The notes: a model not told the origin generated them from the letters alone. DNA of 64,000 nt from Fibrobacteria bacterium (GCA_043745805.1 JAYTSD010000008.1:1-64000); one strand, 5' to 3'; counted from the stretch's first letter, positions 6,558 through 18,854 are shown. Made by a program: numbers and translations.

Positions 6558-9500
6558 TTATTCTGCGGTATCTTGTGCATAATAACTCTGCAATGAGCAA
6601 ATTTCTAAATCCTTTTGTTGCAAAGCGGCAATGGCATCTACTACAGCAGCAGCTGCCGGAAGCGTAGTAGTATAAGGCACTTGCGCTAAAAGCCCCGCCT
6701 TGCGAATCACGCCATCATCAATCATCGACATACGGCTCATCGGCGTATTGATCAACAAAGAAAAATGCTTCGCAGCAATCAGCTCAGCTACATTCGGTTT
6801 ACCTTCAGAAACTTTATTTACCAATTGGCAATTAATCCCATGCTCTTGCAAAACATCGGCGGTGCCACGCGTAGCCCATAATTCAAATCCCAATTCCGCT
6901 AAACGCAAAGCAATGGGTACCGCATTTAATTTGTCATGATTATTCACCGACATAAATACGCGGCCTTCTTTGGGTAAACTATTTCCTGCCGCAATTTGTG
7001 CTTTGGCAAAAGCCAGTCCATAGCTTTTATCTATGCCCATCACCTCACCCGTACTTTTCATTTCTGGACTGAGTAAAGTATCTACACCATGAAATTTGGC
7101 AAAAGGAAAAACGGATTCTTTCACACAAATATATTTGGGCACTTTGGTTTTCGTGAAATTCAATTCCTGCAAAGTTTTACCAATCATCACCTTGGTGGCC
7201 AATTTGGTTAAAGGCACACCGATGGCCTTGCTCACAAAAGGTACGGTTCTACTGCCACGCGGATTGACTTCCAAAACATAAAGTTCATTTTGGCGAATGG
7301 CATATTGCACATTCATTAGGCCAATTACATTTAATGCTTTGGCCATTGCAATAGTTTGCACGCGAATAGTTTCTTGCATTTCTTCGGAAATGTTTTGCGG
7401 CGGCAAAATACAAGCCGAGTCCCCAGAATGAATTCCAGCTTCTTCAATATGTTGCATAATGCCAGCAACCACCACTGTAGTGCCATCGGAAATAGCATCC
7501 ACATCCACTTCCATAGCGTCTTCTAAAAATTTATCGATCAGCACTGGCTTTTCGGCAGAGGCTTCTACCGCATGTGTCATATACTTTTCCAGCTCTTCGC
7601 GGCTATATACTATCATCATGGCACGACCACCCAATACAAAGGAGGGGCGCATCAAAACTGGATAGGTTACTCTGTCGGCAATGGTAATAGCTTCAGGAAT
7701 ATTTGTGGCAATACCATTGGGAGGTTGTTTTAAACCCAAGCGCGTAACAAGTTCTGCAAATTGTTTACGATCTTCTGCTAGATCGATAGAGGCTGGCGAA
7801 GTCCCAATAATTTTAGCTTTCGCAGCTTCTAAAGTTTTAGCCAACTTCAAAGGTGTTTGGCCGCCGAATTGCAAAATGATGCCGTCAGGTTGTTCGAGAT
7901 CCACAATGTTAAGAATGTCTTCGCGCGTGAGCGGTTCGAAATATAATTTATCCGAAGTATCATAATCCGTACTCACCGTTTCGGGATTTGAATTGACCAT
8001 GATAGCTTCATAGTCTTCTTCTTTAAGCGCAAAAGCCGCTTGGCAGCAGGCATAATCAAATTCAATCCCCTGCCCTATGCGATTAGGACCACCACCTACA
8101 ATCAAAACTTTTTTGCGGGAAGAACGCACACTTTCGTTTTCTTCATCATAAGCCGAATAATGATATGGCGTAAAGGCTTTAAACTCCGCTGCACAAGTGT
8201 CTACGGTTTTATAAACTGGTAAAACCCCTAATGCCTTTCGTTTCTCACGAACAATATCTTCATGAGATTTTAACAAGAAAGCTAATTGCACATCGGAGTA
8301 ACCCCATTGTTTAGCCTTGCGCATTAATGTGGGCGAAATACTTTCCAAAATTTGATTCGCCATTTCTTTTTTTTCAAATTGTACCAAATCAAAAATTTGA
8401 TTTAAAAACCAAGGATCAATTTGCGAAACGAATTGCACTTTTTCGAAATCCCAACCCAATTCAAAAGCTCGCTTCACCGAAAAAAGCCGATTGATACCAG
8501 GACGCTTATAATAAAGGTTCTCTTCAATTTCTGCATCGGGAATTTCTTTTTTGCCGTCGGCGCCCAAACCATAGCGATCCGTTTCTAAAGAACGCATGGC
8601 TTTTTGTAAAGATTCCTTAAAGGTGCGGCCAATAGCCATCGCCTCGCCCACGGATTTCATTTGCGTACCTAAAACGGATTCTGCTTGAGGGAATTTTTCA
8701 AAAGTAAATCGGGGGACCTTAGTGACCACATAATCAATTGTAGGTTCAAAACAGGCGGGGGTAACCTTGGTGATATCATTGAGTAATTCATCTAAAGTGT
8801 AACCTACTGCCAGTTTGGCCGCAATTTTGGCGATAGGAAAACCTGTGGCTTTACTAGCCAAAGCCGAACTACGTGACACGCGAGGATTCATTTCAATAAT
8901 GACCATGCGACCATCCACAGGATTCACGGCAAATTGCACATTGGATCCACCAGTATCCACACCGATTTCGCGTATGCAAGCAATGGAGGCATCGCGCATA
9001 CGTTGATATTCTTTATCCGTTAAAGTTTGCGCCGGAGCAACCGTCACCGAATCCCCAGTGTGAATACCCATCGCGTCTACATTTTCAATGGAGCAAATAA
9101 TCACGACATTATCTTTTTTGTCGCGCATCACTTCCATTTCAAATTCTTTCCAACCCACAATACTTTCTTCAATAAGAATTTCGGAAACTGGGCTGAGCTG
9201 TAAACCTGAAGCGGCAATGCGTTCGAATTCTTCTTCACTGTAGGCAAAACCACCGCCGGCACCACCCATCGTGAATGCAGGACGAATCACTAAGGGCAAA
9301 CCAATTTTGCGCATCCCTTCTCGTGCTTCGGCAATGTTATTGGCAACATAGGAGCGTGCGCTTTCAATACCAATTTTTTCCATGGCCACTTTAAATTGTT
9401 GCCGCGATTCGGCTTTATGAATGGCTTGCAAATTGGCGCCAATCATTTCCACGCCATATTTTGCTAAAACACCATGCTCGGCTAAATCCACCGCCGTATT

Positions 9501-9788
9501 CAAAGCCGTTTGTCCGCCTAAAGTTGGCAGTAAAGCATCGGGACGCTCTTTAGCGATAATGCGTTCACAAATCTGCCAAGTAATTGGTTCTACGTAAGTG
9601 GCATCCGCTATGCCTGGATCGGTCATAATGGTGGCAGGATTGGAATTTACCAAAACCACGGAATAACCTTCTTCTCGCAAAGCCTTGCAGGCTTGAGTGC
9701 CCGAATAATCGAATTCGCAAGCTTGTCCAATCACAATGGGACCGCTGCCGATGAGCATGATTTTCTTCAGATCACTTCTTTTGGGCAT
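6558..9788 (-). CDS. carB: Carbamoyl-phosphate synthase large subunit
   Basis: [30 protein letters not shown]; duplicated ATP-grasp domains; MGS C-terminus. Confidence 0.99.
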   Translation of the reverse strand: MPKRSDLKKIMLIGSGPIVIGQACEFDYSGTQACKALREEGYSVVLVNSNPATIMTDPGIADATYVEPITWQICERIIAKERPDALLPTLGGQTALNTAVDLAEHGVLAKYGVEMIGANLQAIHKAESRQQFKVAMEKIGIESARSYVANNIAEAREGMRKIGLPLVIRPAFTMGGAGGGFAYSEEEFERIAASGLQLSPVSEILIEESIVGWKEFEMEVMRDKKDNVVIICSIENVDAMGIHTGDSVTVAPAQTLTDKEYQRMRDASIACIREIGVDTGGSNVQFAVNPVDGRMVIIEMNPRVSRSSALASKATGFPIAKIAAKLAVGYTLDELLNDITKVTPACFEPTIDYVVTKVPRFTFEKFPQAESVLGTQMKSVGEAMAIGRTFKESLQKAMRSLETDRYGLGADGKKEIPDAEIEENLYYKRPGINRLFSVKRAFELGWDFEKVQFVSQIDPWFLNQIFDLVQFEKKEMANQILESISPTLMRKAKQWGYSDVQLAFLLKSHEDIVREKRKALGVLPVYKTVDTCAAEFKAFTPYHYSAYDEENESVRSSRKKVLIVGGGPNRIGQGIEFDYACCQAAFALKEEDYEAIMVNSNPETVSTDYDTSDKLYFEPLTREDILNIVDLEQPDGIILQFGGQTPLKLAKTLEAAKAKIIGTSPASIDLAEDRKQFAELVTRLGLKQPPNGIATNIPEAITIADRVTYPVLMRPSFVLGGRAMMIVYSREELEKYMTHAVEASAEKPVLIDKFLEDAMEVDVDAISDGTTVVVAGIMQHIEEAGIHSGDSACILPPQNISEEMQETIRVQTIAMAKALNVIGLMNVQYAIRQNELYVLEVNPRGSRTVPFVSKAIGVPLTKLATKVMIGKTLQELNFTKTKVPKYICVKESVFPFAKFHGVDTLLSPEMKSTGEVMGIDKSYGLAFAKAQIAAGNSLPKEGRVFMSVNNHDKLNAVPIALRLAELGFELWATRGTADVLQEHGINCQLVNKVSEGKPNVAELIAAKHFSLLINTPMSRMSMIDDGVIRKAGLLAQVPYTTTLPAAAAVVDAIAALQQKDLEICSLQSYYAQDTAE

Positions 9789-9922
9789 GAAAAAACTTTC
9801 TTCTCTAAACCGCGATAAAGATAGCAAATTTTGGGCGTAGTGATCACCCGCGAAAGCCTAGTTTTAATGGCTTTAAGTGAATAAGTAGCCATCAGCCACT
9901 CACTCACGATGAACACTTTTAT

Positions 9923-10621
9923 TTAAGGCGCAGTGAAATAAAAATAAATAGGGAAAATACTAAAGCTAATGATGATAAGCAGAGAAAAAGCATTGCCTAA
10001 TTTTTCCAGTAAAGGCGAATAAACTTTATTTTTTAGACCTAAAGATTGAAAAGCAGATTGGAAGCCATGATTAAGATGCGCCCCTAAAAAAACAATCGAT
10101 AAAACATAAAGTAGGCAATACCAAGCTTCATGAAAAGAAGCAACCACCATGGCATAAGCATTGTGTACCACAACGCCATCATATTCTACCGTGGGTACTT
10201 CACCGAATTTAAGTTCATACCAATAGGATTTTAAATGCACAACCAAGAAAAACAAAATCAAGGAACCGCTAAAAATCATAGTGCGCGATAAAAAACTACC
10301 ACTACTTTTGCCTTTACCCGCTCCTCTGGGACGACCCGCATAGCCTTGAGGACGTGCAGCATTGTTTTTTATACGAAGGAATACGGCATCCACAATATGC
10401 ATTACGAATCCACCTAATAAAGCAAATTCGGTTAATCGAATCAGCAAATTATGCGACATAAATTGGGTGTATAAATTGAAGGCCTTGCCTTCATCATGAA
10501 AGAAAAGCGAAATATTTCCGGAAAGATGCACCACTAAAAAGGAACATAAAAAAAGACCGGTTAGGCTCATTAAATATTTGCGGCCTAAAGACGAATTATA
10601 AATGCGTAAAGCTGGGATCAT
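9923..10621 (-). CDS. sdhC: Succinate dehydrogenase/fumarate reductase cytochrome b subunit (5 TM, b558 type)
   Basis: SSLGRKYLMSLTGLFL..FLVVHLSGN; HL.HGFQSAFQSLG; heme-ligand His residues. Confidence 0.9.
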   Translation of the reverse strand: MIPALRIYNSSLGRKYLMSLTGLFLCSFLVVHLSGNISLFFHDEGKAFNLYTQFMSHNLLIRLTEFALLGGFVMHIVDAVFLRIKNNAARPQGYAGRPRGAGKGKSSGSFLSRTMIFSGSLILFFLVVHLKSYWYELKFGEVPTVEYDGVVVHNAYAMVVASFHEAWYCLLYVLSIVFLGAHLNHGFQSAFQSLGLKNKVYSPLLEKLGNAFSLLIIISFSIFPIYFYFTAP

Positions 10622-10710
10622 AAGTATTTCAACACCCTGTAGAATTGGGTGGAAAAGCTAGCACAATTGCCGCATCTTGTAAATTCATTCTAACCCTCAT
10701 TCTCAGTCTT

Positions 10711-12771
10711 TTATATTACTGTCGGCACAAGTTTCGTGCGCTCTTCAGGACTTAATGGAAATTCACCGATTAAAATCCCATGTGCTAGTTTACGTGCTTC
10801 TTGTATTAGTGGGAAATCAACCATCCAATCCAAGAAACGCAATTCTCGAAAACCACTTTGTACCGTGCCTTCAAAGTTACCTGCCCCACGCATTTGTAAA
10901 TCAAGCTCGGCTATTTTAAACCCGTCATCGGTTTCCGAAAAGAGCCTTAGACGTTCAAAAGTTTCAGGAGGATAATCATTGGCCGGTAAAGCTAAAAAGC
11001 ACCAAGCTTGCTTTTTACCGCGACCAGTGCGTCCACGTAATTGATGCAATTGGGCTAATCCAAAGCGATCTGGATTTTCAATAATCATGAGATTGGCTTC
11101 GGGCACATCTACTCCCACTTCAATCACGGTAGTGGCCACCAAAACTTGTGTGCTGGCTTTGCGAAAATCACGCAATACTCTTTCTTTTTCCTGCATCGGT
11201 AATTTTCCATGTACGCAATCTACTTTCCAAGATTTGGAAAAACCCTTAAGTTCAGTTAAAATTTTTTCCACGGATAAGAAATCTTCGCGGGCATTTTCAG
11301 CACCAGGTAAAATATGCCAAGGTTTTTCTTCGGGTAACAAATCTTTGGTACTTATTTGCGGAACCACCCAAAAGACTTGATTTTGATTTTGTACTTCCTC
11401 GCGCAAAAACTTCAACATGTCTTGCCGTTTATGTGTGGGCACTATGCGTGTTTTCACCGGCAAGCGACCTTTTGGTTTATCCTTGAGTATAAAATTTTCT
11501 AAATCCCCGTACACAGTTTGTGCCAAACTACGCGGAATGGGCGTTGCCGACATATATAATACATGAGGATAATTGCCCTTAGCGAGCAAAGCCTCGCGTT
11601 GTTGTACTCCAAAGCGATGCTGCTCATCAATTAAAGCTAATCCAAGATTATGATATTTTACATCCGCGGAATATAGAGCATGGGTGCCAATGATAAATTG
11701 CAATTGCCCATTTTTTAATTCTTCGCAAGTTTGATCGCGTAACACTTTAGGCGTATCACTAGTAAGCAATGCACAGGAGATATTTAATACTGTAAGCCAA
11801 GGCAATAAACTGGCATGATGCTGAAGCGCCAATATTTCCGTAGGGGCCATTAAAGCCACTTGCCCACCATACTCGAGAATGCTTAAAGCCACTAATAAAC
11901 CTACTACGGTTTTTCCGGCACCCACATCCCCTTGTAATAATCCGCAAAATTGCTGTGGCGCATTCATAGCGGTAATAATTTGTTGCGTGACCTCTATTTG
12001 GCCTTGGGTTAAAGCAAAAGGCAAAATATCCATTAATTTAGGCCGTAACATTACTGATACGGGCCATGCCCGACCTACGGTTTGGCGTTTTAAGCGACGC
12101 CCTTCTAAACGCAAAGATAAAGGCAAAGCCTCACGCCATTTTAATTGATTTTGCAAAGCCGGTAAATCGTCCCAGACTTGTGGTTGATGTAAATTCTTAA
12201 GTAAATCGGCTTCACATAAAAAATTTCTGGTTTGCAATAAACTCGCGGGCCAAGCATCGGTAAATGAAAATTTATCCAAAGCTTCTAAGGCGGCTTTTTG
12301 CAAAAATTTATGCTCCACATGCGCGGCGGACATTTCTTCGGATAAGGGGTAACGTGGAAGTATCACTTTGGGAATGTCTTGATCTTCCCGTAAGATTTCA
12401 AATTCAGGATGCACGATTTGTAAATCGCGAAAAAAAGTGGGGACGCCAGCCAATAATAAGCGCTGCCCCGTTTTAAATTTATGTTGTAAAAATTGAATGC
12501 CATTAAAAAAAACTAAATCGAGTGTGCCGGAGCCATCGTCAACATGCACTATCAAGCGCATTTTAACGTTTTCTACATAACTTACATGCGCTGCAAAATA
12601 AGCATCTTCTCCCGCTTTTAAATCACAAATGGCGGTGGTTTTTGTGCGGTCGATATATTTGCGCGGAAGATAATAAATGAGGTCGCGTAAAGTGTTAATG
12701 CCAGCCGCGCGCAAAATTTTTTCACGCTTTGGCCCAATACCGGGGATTCGGGAGAGGTCGGAGATGGCCAT
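10711..12771 (-). CDS. recG: ATP-dependent DNA helicase RecG
   Basis: LLQGDVGAGKT, DEQHRFGVQQR, MSATPIPRSL, QLHQLRGRTGRG. Confidence 0.97.
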   Translation of the reverse strand: MAISDLSRIPGIGPKREKILRAAGINTLRDLIYYLPRKYIDRTKTTAICDLKAGEDAYFAAHVSYVENVKMRLIVHVDDGSGTLDLVFFNGIQFLQHKFKTGQRLLLAGVPTFFRDLQIVHPEFEILREDQDIPKVILPRYPLSEEMSAAHVEHKFLQKAALEALDKFSFTDAWPASLLQTRNFLCEADLLKNLHQPQVWDDLPALQNQLKWREALPLSLRLEGRRLKRQTVGRAWPVSVMLRPKLMDILPFALTQGQIEVTQQIITAMNAPQQFCGLLQGDVGAGKTVVGLLVALSILEYGGQVALMAPTEILALQHHASLLPWLTVLNISCALLTSDTPKVLRDQTCEELKNGQLQFIIGTHALYSADVKYHNLGLALIDEQHRFGVQQREALLAKGNYPHVLYMSATPIPRSLAQTVYGDLENFILKDKPKGRLPVKTRIVPTHKRQDMLKFLREEVQNQNQVFWVVPQISTKDLLPEEKPWHILPGAENAREDFLSVEKILTELKGFSKSWKVDCVHGKLPMQEKERVLRDFRKASTQVLVATTVIEVGVDVPEANLMIIENPDRFGLAQLHQLRGRTGRGKKQAWCFLALPANDYPPETFERLRLFSETDDGFKIAELDLQMRGAGNFEGTVQSGFRELRFLDWMVDFPLIQEARKLAHGILIGEFPLSPEERTKLVPTVI

Positions 12772-12788
12772 ACGTAGAATTTAGAAAA

Positions 12789-12834
12789 TCAAAACCTAAG
12801 TCAACCACAATGTTTATAGTCGCTTAGGTTTTGA
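12789..12834 (-). terminator. Hairpin downstream of mdh
   Basis: TCAAAACCTAAG-N22-CTTAGGTTTTGA. Confidence 0.5.
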
Positions 12835-12841
12835 AAATATT

Positions 12842-13783
12842 TTAAGCTGCCATTTTTTTATCTACCCATGAAACTAAACTTTTTACCGCTTCTATAGAAA
12901 CGTCAAAAGCTTTCTTTTCATCGGCATCGAGCTCAACTTCAATGACTTTTTCAATACCGCCTGCACCTAAAATGGCAGGAACTCCGGCATAGAGGCCTTG
13001 TACGCCGTATTCACCAGAGAGTTTTGCGGCGCAAGTGACAATATTTTTCTTATCCTTTAAGAACGCCTCGGCCATGTGAATAGCGGAAAGTGCCGGGCTA
13101 TAAAAAGCCGAACCAGTTTTTAACAAAGCGACCACTTCACCACCCGCATTGGCGGTACGCTTAGCAATGACATCCAATTTTTCTTTGGACAAAAGTTGCG
13201 TAACTGGAATGCCACCTACGGTGCAATAACGTGTGAGTGCCACCATAGTATCACCATGTCCACCCATCACCAAAGCTTTTACATCTTCAGGAGAAACTTT
13301 TAATTCCGCGGCGACTAAAGAAGCAAAACGTGCAGAATCTAATACGCCAGCCATACCGGCTACCCGATTAGCCGGAAAACCGGTAACTTTTTGCATGGCA
13401 TAGACCATCGCATCCAAAGGATTAGTGACCACAATTATAAATGCATTCGGTGCTTTGGCTTTAATGGCTTCACCCACGGTTTTGATAATGCCAAAATTGA
13501 CATCTAATAAATCGTCGCGCGACATACCCGGTTTACGAGGTAACCCAGCAGTTACAATAACTACATCGGATCCGGCTAAATCATCATAACTATTGGAGCC
13601 CGACAAATTACTCGAGGTAGGAATGAGTCCGCCGCCATGTAAAATATCTAAGCTTTTACCTTGGGGTACGCCTTCGGCAATATCTATTAAAAGAATGTCG
13701 CCTAATTGTTTTTGCGCAGCCACCAATGCCATGGTGCCACCGATTTGACCTGCGCCCACAAGGGCAATTTTTGCTCTTTTCAT
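12842..13783 (-). CDS. mdh: Malate dehydrogenase (LDH-like)
   Basis: GAGQIG Rossmann motif; [24 protein letters not shown]. Confidence 0.97.
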   Translation of the reverse strand: MKRAKIALVGAGQIGGTMALVAAQKQLGDILLIDIAEGVPQGKSLDILHGGGLIPTSSNLSGSNSYDDLAGSDVVIVTAGLPRKPGMSRDDLLDVNFGIIKTVGEAIKAKAPNAFIIVVTNPLDAMVYAMQKVTGFPANRVAGMAGVLDSARFASLVAAELKVSPEDVKALVMGGHGDTMVALTRYCTVGGIPVTQLLSKEKLDVIAKRTANAGGEVVALLKTGSAFYSPALSAIHMAEAFLKDKKNIVTCAAKLSGEYGVQGLYAGVPAILGAGGIEKVIEVELDADEKKAFDVSIEAVKSLVSWVDKKMAA

Positions 13784-13869
13784 CTTTTATCCTTTTTCAA
13801 ATTTCTGATGTTTCCCATGAGCCCTACATAACATAAATGTTACCGGTACCTACAGGATACGTAATGATT

Positions 13870-14742
13870 TTATCGTTTCATGGCCTCTAACATATAGGCA
13901 CCAATATGCGAAGCCGTAGGCGCCACTTTTACGCCTGCTGCAATCAATGCCGATATTTTCGCTGCCGCAGTTCCCGAATTACCATCGATAATAGCTCCGG
14001 CATGACCCATGCGCTTTCCTTTAGGTGCCGAAGCTCCTGCAATGAACGCCACGACCGGTTTTTTCACAAATTGCTTAATATATTCTGCCGCAATTTCTTC
14101 ATCGCTACCGCCAATTTCACCGATTAAAATAATGCCTTCAGTGGCGGGATCGGCATTTAACATTTTCACTACATCGATATGACTTAATCCATGAATTGGA
14201 TCCCCACCAATACCTACTGCGGTGGTTTGTCCTAAACCAGAAGTAGTAGTTTGATGCACCGCTTCATAAGTTAAAGTGCCCGAGCGGGAAACAATACCTA
14301 TGCATCCTTTAGAATGAATGGGGCCGGGAGCAATACCCACTTTACAAACACCTGCCGTGACTAAGCCAGGGCAGTTGGGGCCGATCAAAATACAATCTTT
14401 ATCACGAAGATAATTATGCACTTTAAGCATATCCATTACAGGAAGGCCTTCAGTTATAGCTACAATCAATTTGATCCCGCCATCTGCGGCTTCAAGAATA
14501 GCATCCGCAGCATATGCGGCTGGCACAAAAATCATAGTGGTATTGGCACCGGTTGCTTTAACCGATTCTGCTATCGAATTAAAAACAGGAAAACCATCTA
14601 CCGTAGTTCCGCCTTTTTTAGGGGTAACACCGCCCACCACATTGGTGCCGTATTCACGACATTTTTGTGAATGGAATAAACCGGCTTTACCAGTAATACC
14701 TTGAGTAATCAGTCGCGTATTTTGGTCGATTAGAATAGCCAT
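13870..14742 (-). CDS. sucD: Succinyl-CoA synthetase alpha subunit
   Basis: [31 protein letters not shown]. Confidence 0.98.
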   Translation of the reverse strand: MAILIDQNTRLITQGITGKAGLFHSQKCREYGTNVVGGVTPKKGGTTVDGFPVFNSIAESVKATGANTTMIFVPAAYAADAILEAADGGIKLIVAITEGLPVMDMLKVHNYLRDKDCILIGPNCPGLVTAGVCKVGIAPGPIHSKGCIGIVSRSGTLTYEAVHQTTTSGLGQTTAVGIGGDPIHGLSHIDVVKMLNADPATEGIILIGEIGGSDEEIAAEYIKQFVKKPVVAFIAGASAPKGKRMGHAGAIIDGNSGTAAAKISALIAAGVKVAPTASHIGAYMLEAMKR

Positions 14743-15908
14743 TATTTAACTCCCTTTAAGGCGGCAACCACTTTGCGGGCTGCGTCGTCCAAATTATCTG
14801 CACTCACTAAATCGAGCCCAGAATTATCAATAATTTCTTTACCTTCTTTAACATTAGTGCCTTCTAAACGTACTACTAAAGGCACTTGCAAGCCAATTTT
14901 TTGTACTGCATTAATTATGCCACGAGCGATTCTATCGCAAAGCATAATGCCACCAAAAATATTAACGAGAATAGCTTTCACATTTTTGTCGGAACAAATA
15001 ATTTCAAAAGCCTTCGTCACGGCTTCTTCCGTCGCCGATCCGCCTACATCCAAAAAGTTTGCTGGTTGTTCGCCATAATGCGAGATAATATCCATGGTCG
15101 CCATGGCTAAGCCTGCGCCATTCACCATGCAGCCGATATTCCCATCAAGCTTGATATAGCTTAAGCCAAATTTAGACGCTTCAATTTCTGCTGGATCTTT
15201 TTCGGCATCGGGATCGCCGCCTGTATCAGTTTGACGATATACGGCATTTTCATCAACTAAAAATTTGCAGTCGAGCAAAGACAAATGATTTTCGCCATTT
15301 ATCACTAAAGGATTTATTTCCAATAAGGAGCAATCGCGTTCTTGGTAGAGACGATATAATTTATTGAGTACATCTTCAAATTCAGTGGCCAAACTTCCCG
15401 TCAAACCTAAGAAGGCAGCACCTTGTGCGGCACTGTTAGCATCGATGTTACGTCCCCAAGTGGGATAAAGTTTGAGAATTTTTTCCGGAGTATTTTCGGC
15501 AACTTCTTCAATATCCATACCGCCTTCAGGGCTAAGCATGATAACAATATTCGCTTTGGCTCGGTCTAAAGTAACCGCGACATATAGTTCGCGTTGGATA
15601 GCACTGGCTTCTTCTAATAAAACTGCTTCAATAGCTACGCCTTGAGATCCCGTTTGCTTAGTGATTAAGCGCATGCCCAAAAATTGTTTGGTTAGGCTCA
15701 TCGCCTCATCAGCACTCTTATAAAGTTTGATGCCACCCGCTTTTCCGCGACCGCCAGTATAGGCCTGCGCTTTAGCAACGCCAGAGTCCAAACCTAATTT
15801 TTTTAAAGCTCCGGTAACTTCCTCGGGGCTAAATACAACCTCGCTTTTTGGCACAGGTAGGCCAGCTTGGCGTAACAAAGCCTTTGCTTGATATTCATGC
15901 AGCTTCAT
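14742..15908 (-). CDS. sucC: Succinyl-CoA synthetase beta subunit
   Basis: [35 protein letters not shown]. Confidence 0.98.
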   Translation of the reverse strand: MKLHEYQAKALLRQAGLPVPKSEVVFSPEEVTGALKKLGLDSGVAKAQAYTGGRGKAGGIKLYKSADEAMSLTKQFLGMRLITKQTGSQGVAIEAVLLEEASAIQRELYVAVTLDRAKANIVIMLSPEGGMDIEEVAENTPEKILKLYPTWGRNIDANSAAQGAAFLGLTGSLATEFEDVLNKLYRLYQERDCSLLEINPLVINGENHLSLLDCKFLVDENAVYRQTDTGGDPDAEKDPAEIEASKFGLSYIKLDGNIGCMVNGAGLAMATMDIISHYGEQPANFLDVGGSATEEAVTKAFEIICSDKNVKAILVNIFGGIMLCDRIARGIINAVQKIGLQVPLVVRLEGTNVKEGKEIIDNSGLDLVSADNLDDAARKVVAALKGVK

Positions 15909-16127
15909 GCAGCGTTTTCCTTTTTGACTGAGATCGGCATTTTATAAATTTAAAACCCTTAATTTTTTCAATTGGGTCAAAAAAATGCTCTATTATTCGT
16001 AAGCGATCAATTCATTTTAAGGAAAAATTTTATTCGATGGAACTCTTTGGTGCCGCATTAAGGAGGAGAGTTTCTTCGGGGGCAAACAATAAAGGCCTTC
16101 GCACAAATTATTTGAAAGTACTTAAGC

Positions 16128-16619
16128 CTATTTAAGCACTGGGCAATTCATTTGCGGCTTTATCAGTTCTTTTTTGGAAGTGGCACAAAAGGGATCCGTT
16201 TTAGCTTTGACCATGAGACCCAGATTACTATTCCTTAAATGATTTACTAAAGTAGACTGAGCCGTACGCAATACCCCTAATATGGAACATTGTTGAATTT
16301 CACTGCATTGATGGGGATGTTCAAAGCAATCCATTAAATTAATGGGTCCTTCAACCGCTTCAATGATTTCCAAAATGGAAATTTGTTCTGGAGCACGGGA
16401 TAAAGAAATCCCCCCTTTCGGCCCAGAAACCGTTTTCAAAAGTTTTGCCTTAGATAGTTGCGAGACAATTCCATGTAAAAATCGCAGCGACAAATGAGAT
16501 TTCTCGGAAATATGCTGCACTGACACGCAACCCACCGGGGATTCGCTCGGTGAATTTTGAAAACGTGCCAGAAACTGCATAGTTCTCAAGGCATAATCGG
16601 TTTTTTTAGTGAATTTCAT
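16128..16619 (-). CDS. Rrf2 family transcriptional regulator, Fe-S type
   Basis: MKFTKKTDYALR, GPKGGISLSR, ILEIIEAVEG; C-x6-C-x5-C cluster. Confidence 0.92.
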   Translation of the reverse strand: MKFTKKTDYALRTMQFLARFQNSPSESPVGCVSVQHISEKSHLSLRFLHGIVSQLSKAKLLKTVSGPKGGISLSRAPEQISILEIIEAVEGPINLMDCFEHPHQCSEIQQCSILGVLRTAQSTLVNHLRNSNLGLMVKAKTDPFCATSKKELIKPQMNCPVLK

Positions 16620-16740
16620 AGTTAAATCTCTATACAAACCTAAATATAATCTCAGATACGTCTAGACTAACATTTACAATGCGCATTCGCCTATGCGATA
16701 ATATTACTTAACTTTAACCAATCACTTTTAGGAGTTTTGG

Positions 16741-17595
16741 ATGATTAAGAAGTTGGTTCTTTCCTCGATTTTGGCAGCCCTTAGCCTGTCCCCTCTTTTC
16801 GCTTTGGACGAATATATGCCGATTGGCCCTCGTGCGATGGCAATAGATATAGGTTTTCAAAGAACGGTTCCTGCAGGAACTTACAATAGTGCAGGTAAAA
16901 GTGATAGCCGAGAGCTTGCCTACAAACCTTTATATTTGCCCCTTCAGGGAAAATACGGTTTAACGGATAATATCGAAGGCTCGCTCGATGTCAAATATAT
17001 TTTGAAAAGCATTGAGGATAAATCAGGCTTTGACCGCCCAACTCTGGGCTTAAAGTACGCCGACCCCCAATTAGGATTAGGTGGTTTTTTAGGCATTACT
17101 TTACCGGTAGGCTTTACCGATATTGTAAGCGCGGACCCTTATGCCTCTTTAATTTTTGGCGCCCTCTATGGCAAAAATTGGGGCGATTGCAAATTCTTGG
17201 CAAATGCAAGCTATCAATTTGACACGGAAGATTTAACAGGTGCAAAAATTGATAATATCCGAGTGTTTGCAAAACCTGAATATAGTTTGCCATTTGGTGC
17301 TTGGACTAATACAAAACAAACACTTAGCCTTTATGTAGCAGGCGAATACACATACTATTTAAATGAAGTGCTTGACGGCAAAAGTACTTCCGATGATGGT
17401 AAATTGCTGAATATTATTCCCGGTATAAATTACAGTTTAAATCGCGTATTCGGTTTAGAGATTTCAATGCCCTATGCAGTAATGGGAGCTGGGCCTACGA
17501 CTGGATATGAGCAACATCGAGTTTATGAAGAAAGAACTATCAAAGCAGTTCTACATTTTTCATTGGATGAATCACTTTATAATAATGCTAAATAA
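16741..17595 (+). CDS. Putative outer-membrane beta-barrel protein (transporter-like)
   Basis: Signal peptide; alternating amphipathic strands; GGAG RBS. Confidence 0.7.
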   Translation: MIKKLVLSSILAALSLSPLFALDEYMPIGPRAMAIDIGFQRTVPAGTYNSAGKSDSRELAYKPLYLPLQGKYGLTDNIEGSLDVKYILKSIEDKSGFDRPTLGLKYADPQLGLGGFLGITLPVGFTDIVSADPYASLIFGALYGKNWGDCKFLANASYQFDTEDLTGAKIDNIRVFAKPEYSLPFGAWTNTKQTLSLYVAGEYTYYLNEVLDGKSTSDDGKLLNIIPGINYSLNRVFGLEISMPYAVMGAGPTTGYEQHRVYEERTIKAVLHFSLDESLYNNAK

Positions 17596-17612
17596 ACACT
17601 AGTGTTTATTTA
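17589..17612. repeat. Perfect 24-bp palindrome
   Basis: TAAATAAACACTAGTGTTTATTTA, overlapping the stop codon. Confidence 0.8.
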
Positions 17613-17653
17613 AACAAAAAGGGCGACTTCTAAGAAGTCGCCCTTTTTGTTTA
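17611..17653. terminator. Bidirectional intrinsic terminator between convergent genes
   Basis: TAAACAAAAAGGGCGACTTC-TAA-GAAGTCGCCCTTTTTGTTTA. Confidence 0.9.
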
Positions 17654-17675
17654 CCGAGGAGAGAACTTAAAAAAA

Positions 17676-18854
17676 TTATAGGATTTCGAATACTCCCGCA
17701 GCACCCATACCGCCACCTATGCACATACTTACAATACCGTATTTACCGCCACGGCGTTTTAATTCATTAATTAAACTAATGGTAAGCTTTGATCCCGTAC
17801 AACCCAATGGATGGCCTAATGCAATGGCTCCGCCATTTACATTGACTTTATCCAGAGGGAATTTTAATTCGCGAAGCACGGCTAATGATTGGGCTGCAAA
17901 AGCTTCATTCAATTCCATTAAATCAATTTGATCTAAAGTCAGTCCGGCCTTTTTCAATACCGCCGGTATAGCATAAGCAGGGCCAATACCCATCACTTCA
18001 GGAGCCACGCCGGTTACCACATATTTTATTAAACGCGCCAAGGGTTTCAAACCATGGGCATCCGCATATTTTTTAGAAGTTAACAGTAACATCGCTGCAC
18101 CATCGCTGACCTGAGAACTATTCCCAGCAGTTACGGTTCCATTGGCTTTGAATACGGGTTTTAATCCCTTTAAAGCTTCTAATGAGGTATCGCCACGTGG
18201 ACCCTCATCAATGGCTAAGCTTCTTTGGATTTTTTTCTCTTTATGCTTTTCGTCTAAAATGGTTTCTGTCCATTCAATAGACAAAATTTCCTCTTTAAAT
18301 TTCCCTGCTTGAATAGCCGCCACCGCTCTTTGATGTGAAGTGAAAGCAAAAGCATCTTGATCTTCACGACTGATTTTATATTGCTCGGCCACTTTTTCAG
18401 CAGTTAACCCCATAGTCATATAGGCTTCGGGTAATTTATGCACGAGCTCGGGATTAGGCGCAATTTTATGTCCGCCCATTGGTAACATCGACATACTTTC
18501 CAAACCACCCGCCATAATCACGTCCGCATCGCCCAAATTTATTCGATCCGAAGCCATAGCAATTGTTTGTAAACCGGAAGAGCAATAACGATTCACCGTC
18601 ATCGCGGGTGTGGTATTGGGTAAACCTGCCAGTAACCCCACCATGCGCGCAACATTCATGCCTTGTTCCGCTTCCGGCATAGCGCAACCTAAAATCAAAT
18701 CTTCTACATCTGCAGGAGATAAACCAGGTGCTCTTTTTAATACTTCTTCGGCACAACGAGCTGCTAATGTATCCGAACGTAAATGCAAGAATGATCCTTT
18801 TCCAGCTTTACCCACCGGAGTTCGCACGCCTGCGACTATTACTGCATCCGACAT
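17676..18854 (-). CDS. fadA: Acetyl-CoA C-acyltransferase (3-ketoacyl-CoA thiolase)
   Basis: VNRYCSSGLQ, NEAFA, GHPLGCTG, SMCIGGGMG. Confidence 0.93.
   Translation of the reverse strand: MSDAVIVAGVRTPVGKAGKGSFLHLRSDTLAARCAEEVLKRAPGLSPADVEDLILGCAMPEAEQGMNVARMVGLLAGLPNTTPAMTVNRYCSSGLQTIAMASDRINLGDADVIMAGGLESMSMLPMGGHKIAPNPELVHKLPEAYMTMGLTAEKVAEQYKISREDQDAFAFTSHQRAVAAIQAGKFKEEILSIEWTETILDEKHKEKKIQRSLAIDEGPRGDTSLEALKGLKPVFKANGTVTAGNSSQVSDGAAMLLLTSKKYADAHGLKPLARLIKYVVTGVAPEVMGIGPAYAIPAVLKKAGLTLDQIDLMELNEAFAAQSLAVLRELKFPLDKVNVNGGAIALGHPLGCTGSKLTISLINELKRRGGKYGIVSMCIGGGMGAAGVFEIL

Noticed and set aside
7240-8885. Genome-wide AGY Ser-to-Arg reassignment suggested by the odd tRNA
   Set aside because: In carB, AGT encodes Ser at conserved positions ([17 protein letters not shown]) and AGA encodes Arg; the island Zn-ribbon KSPYW also uses AGT. 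The standard code fits.
16040-16075. Possible structured leader RNA upstream of sucC
   Set aside because: Only a ~6-bp stem; no recognisable riboswitch motif.
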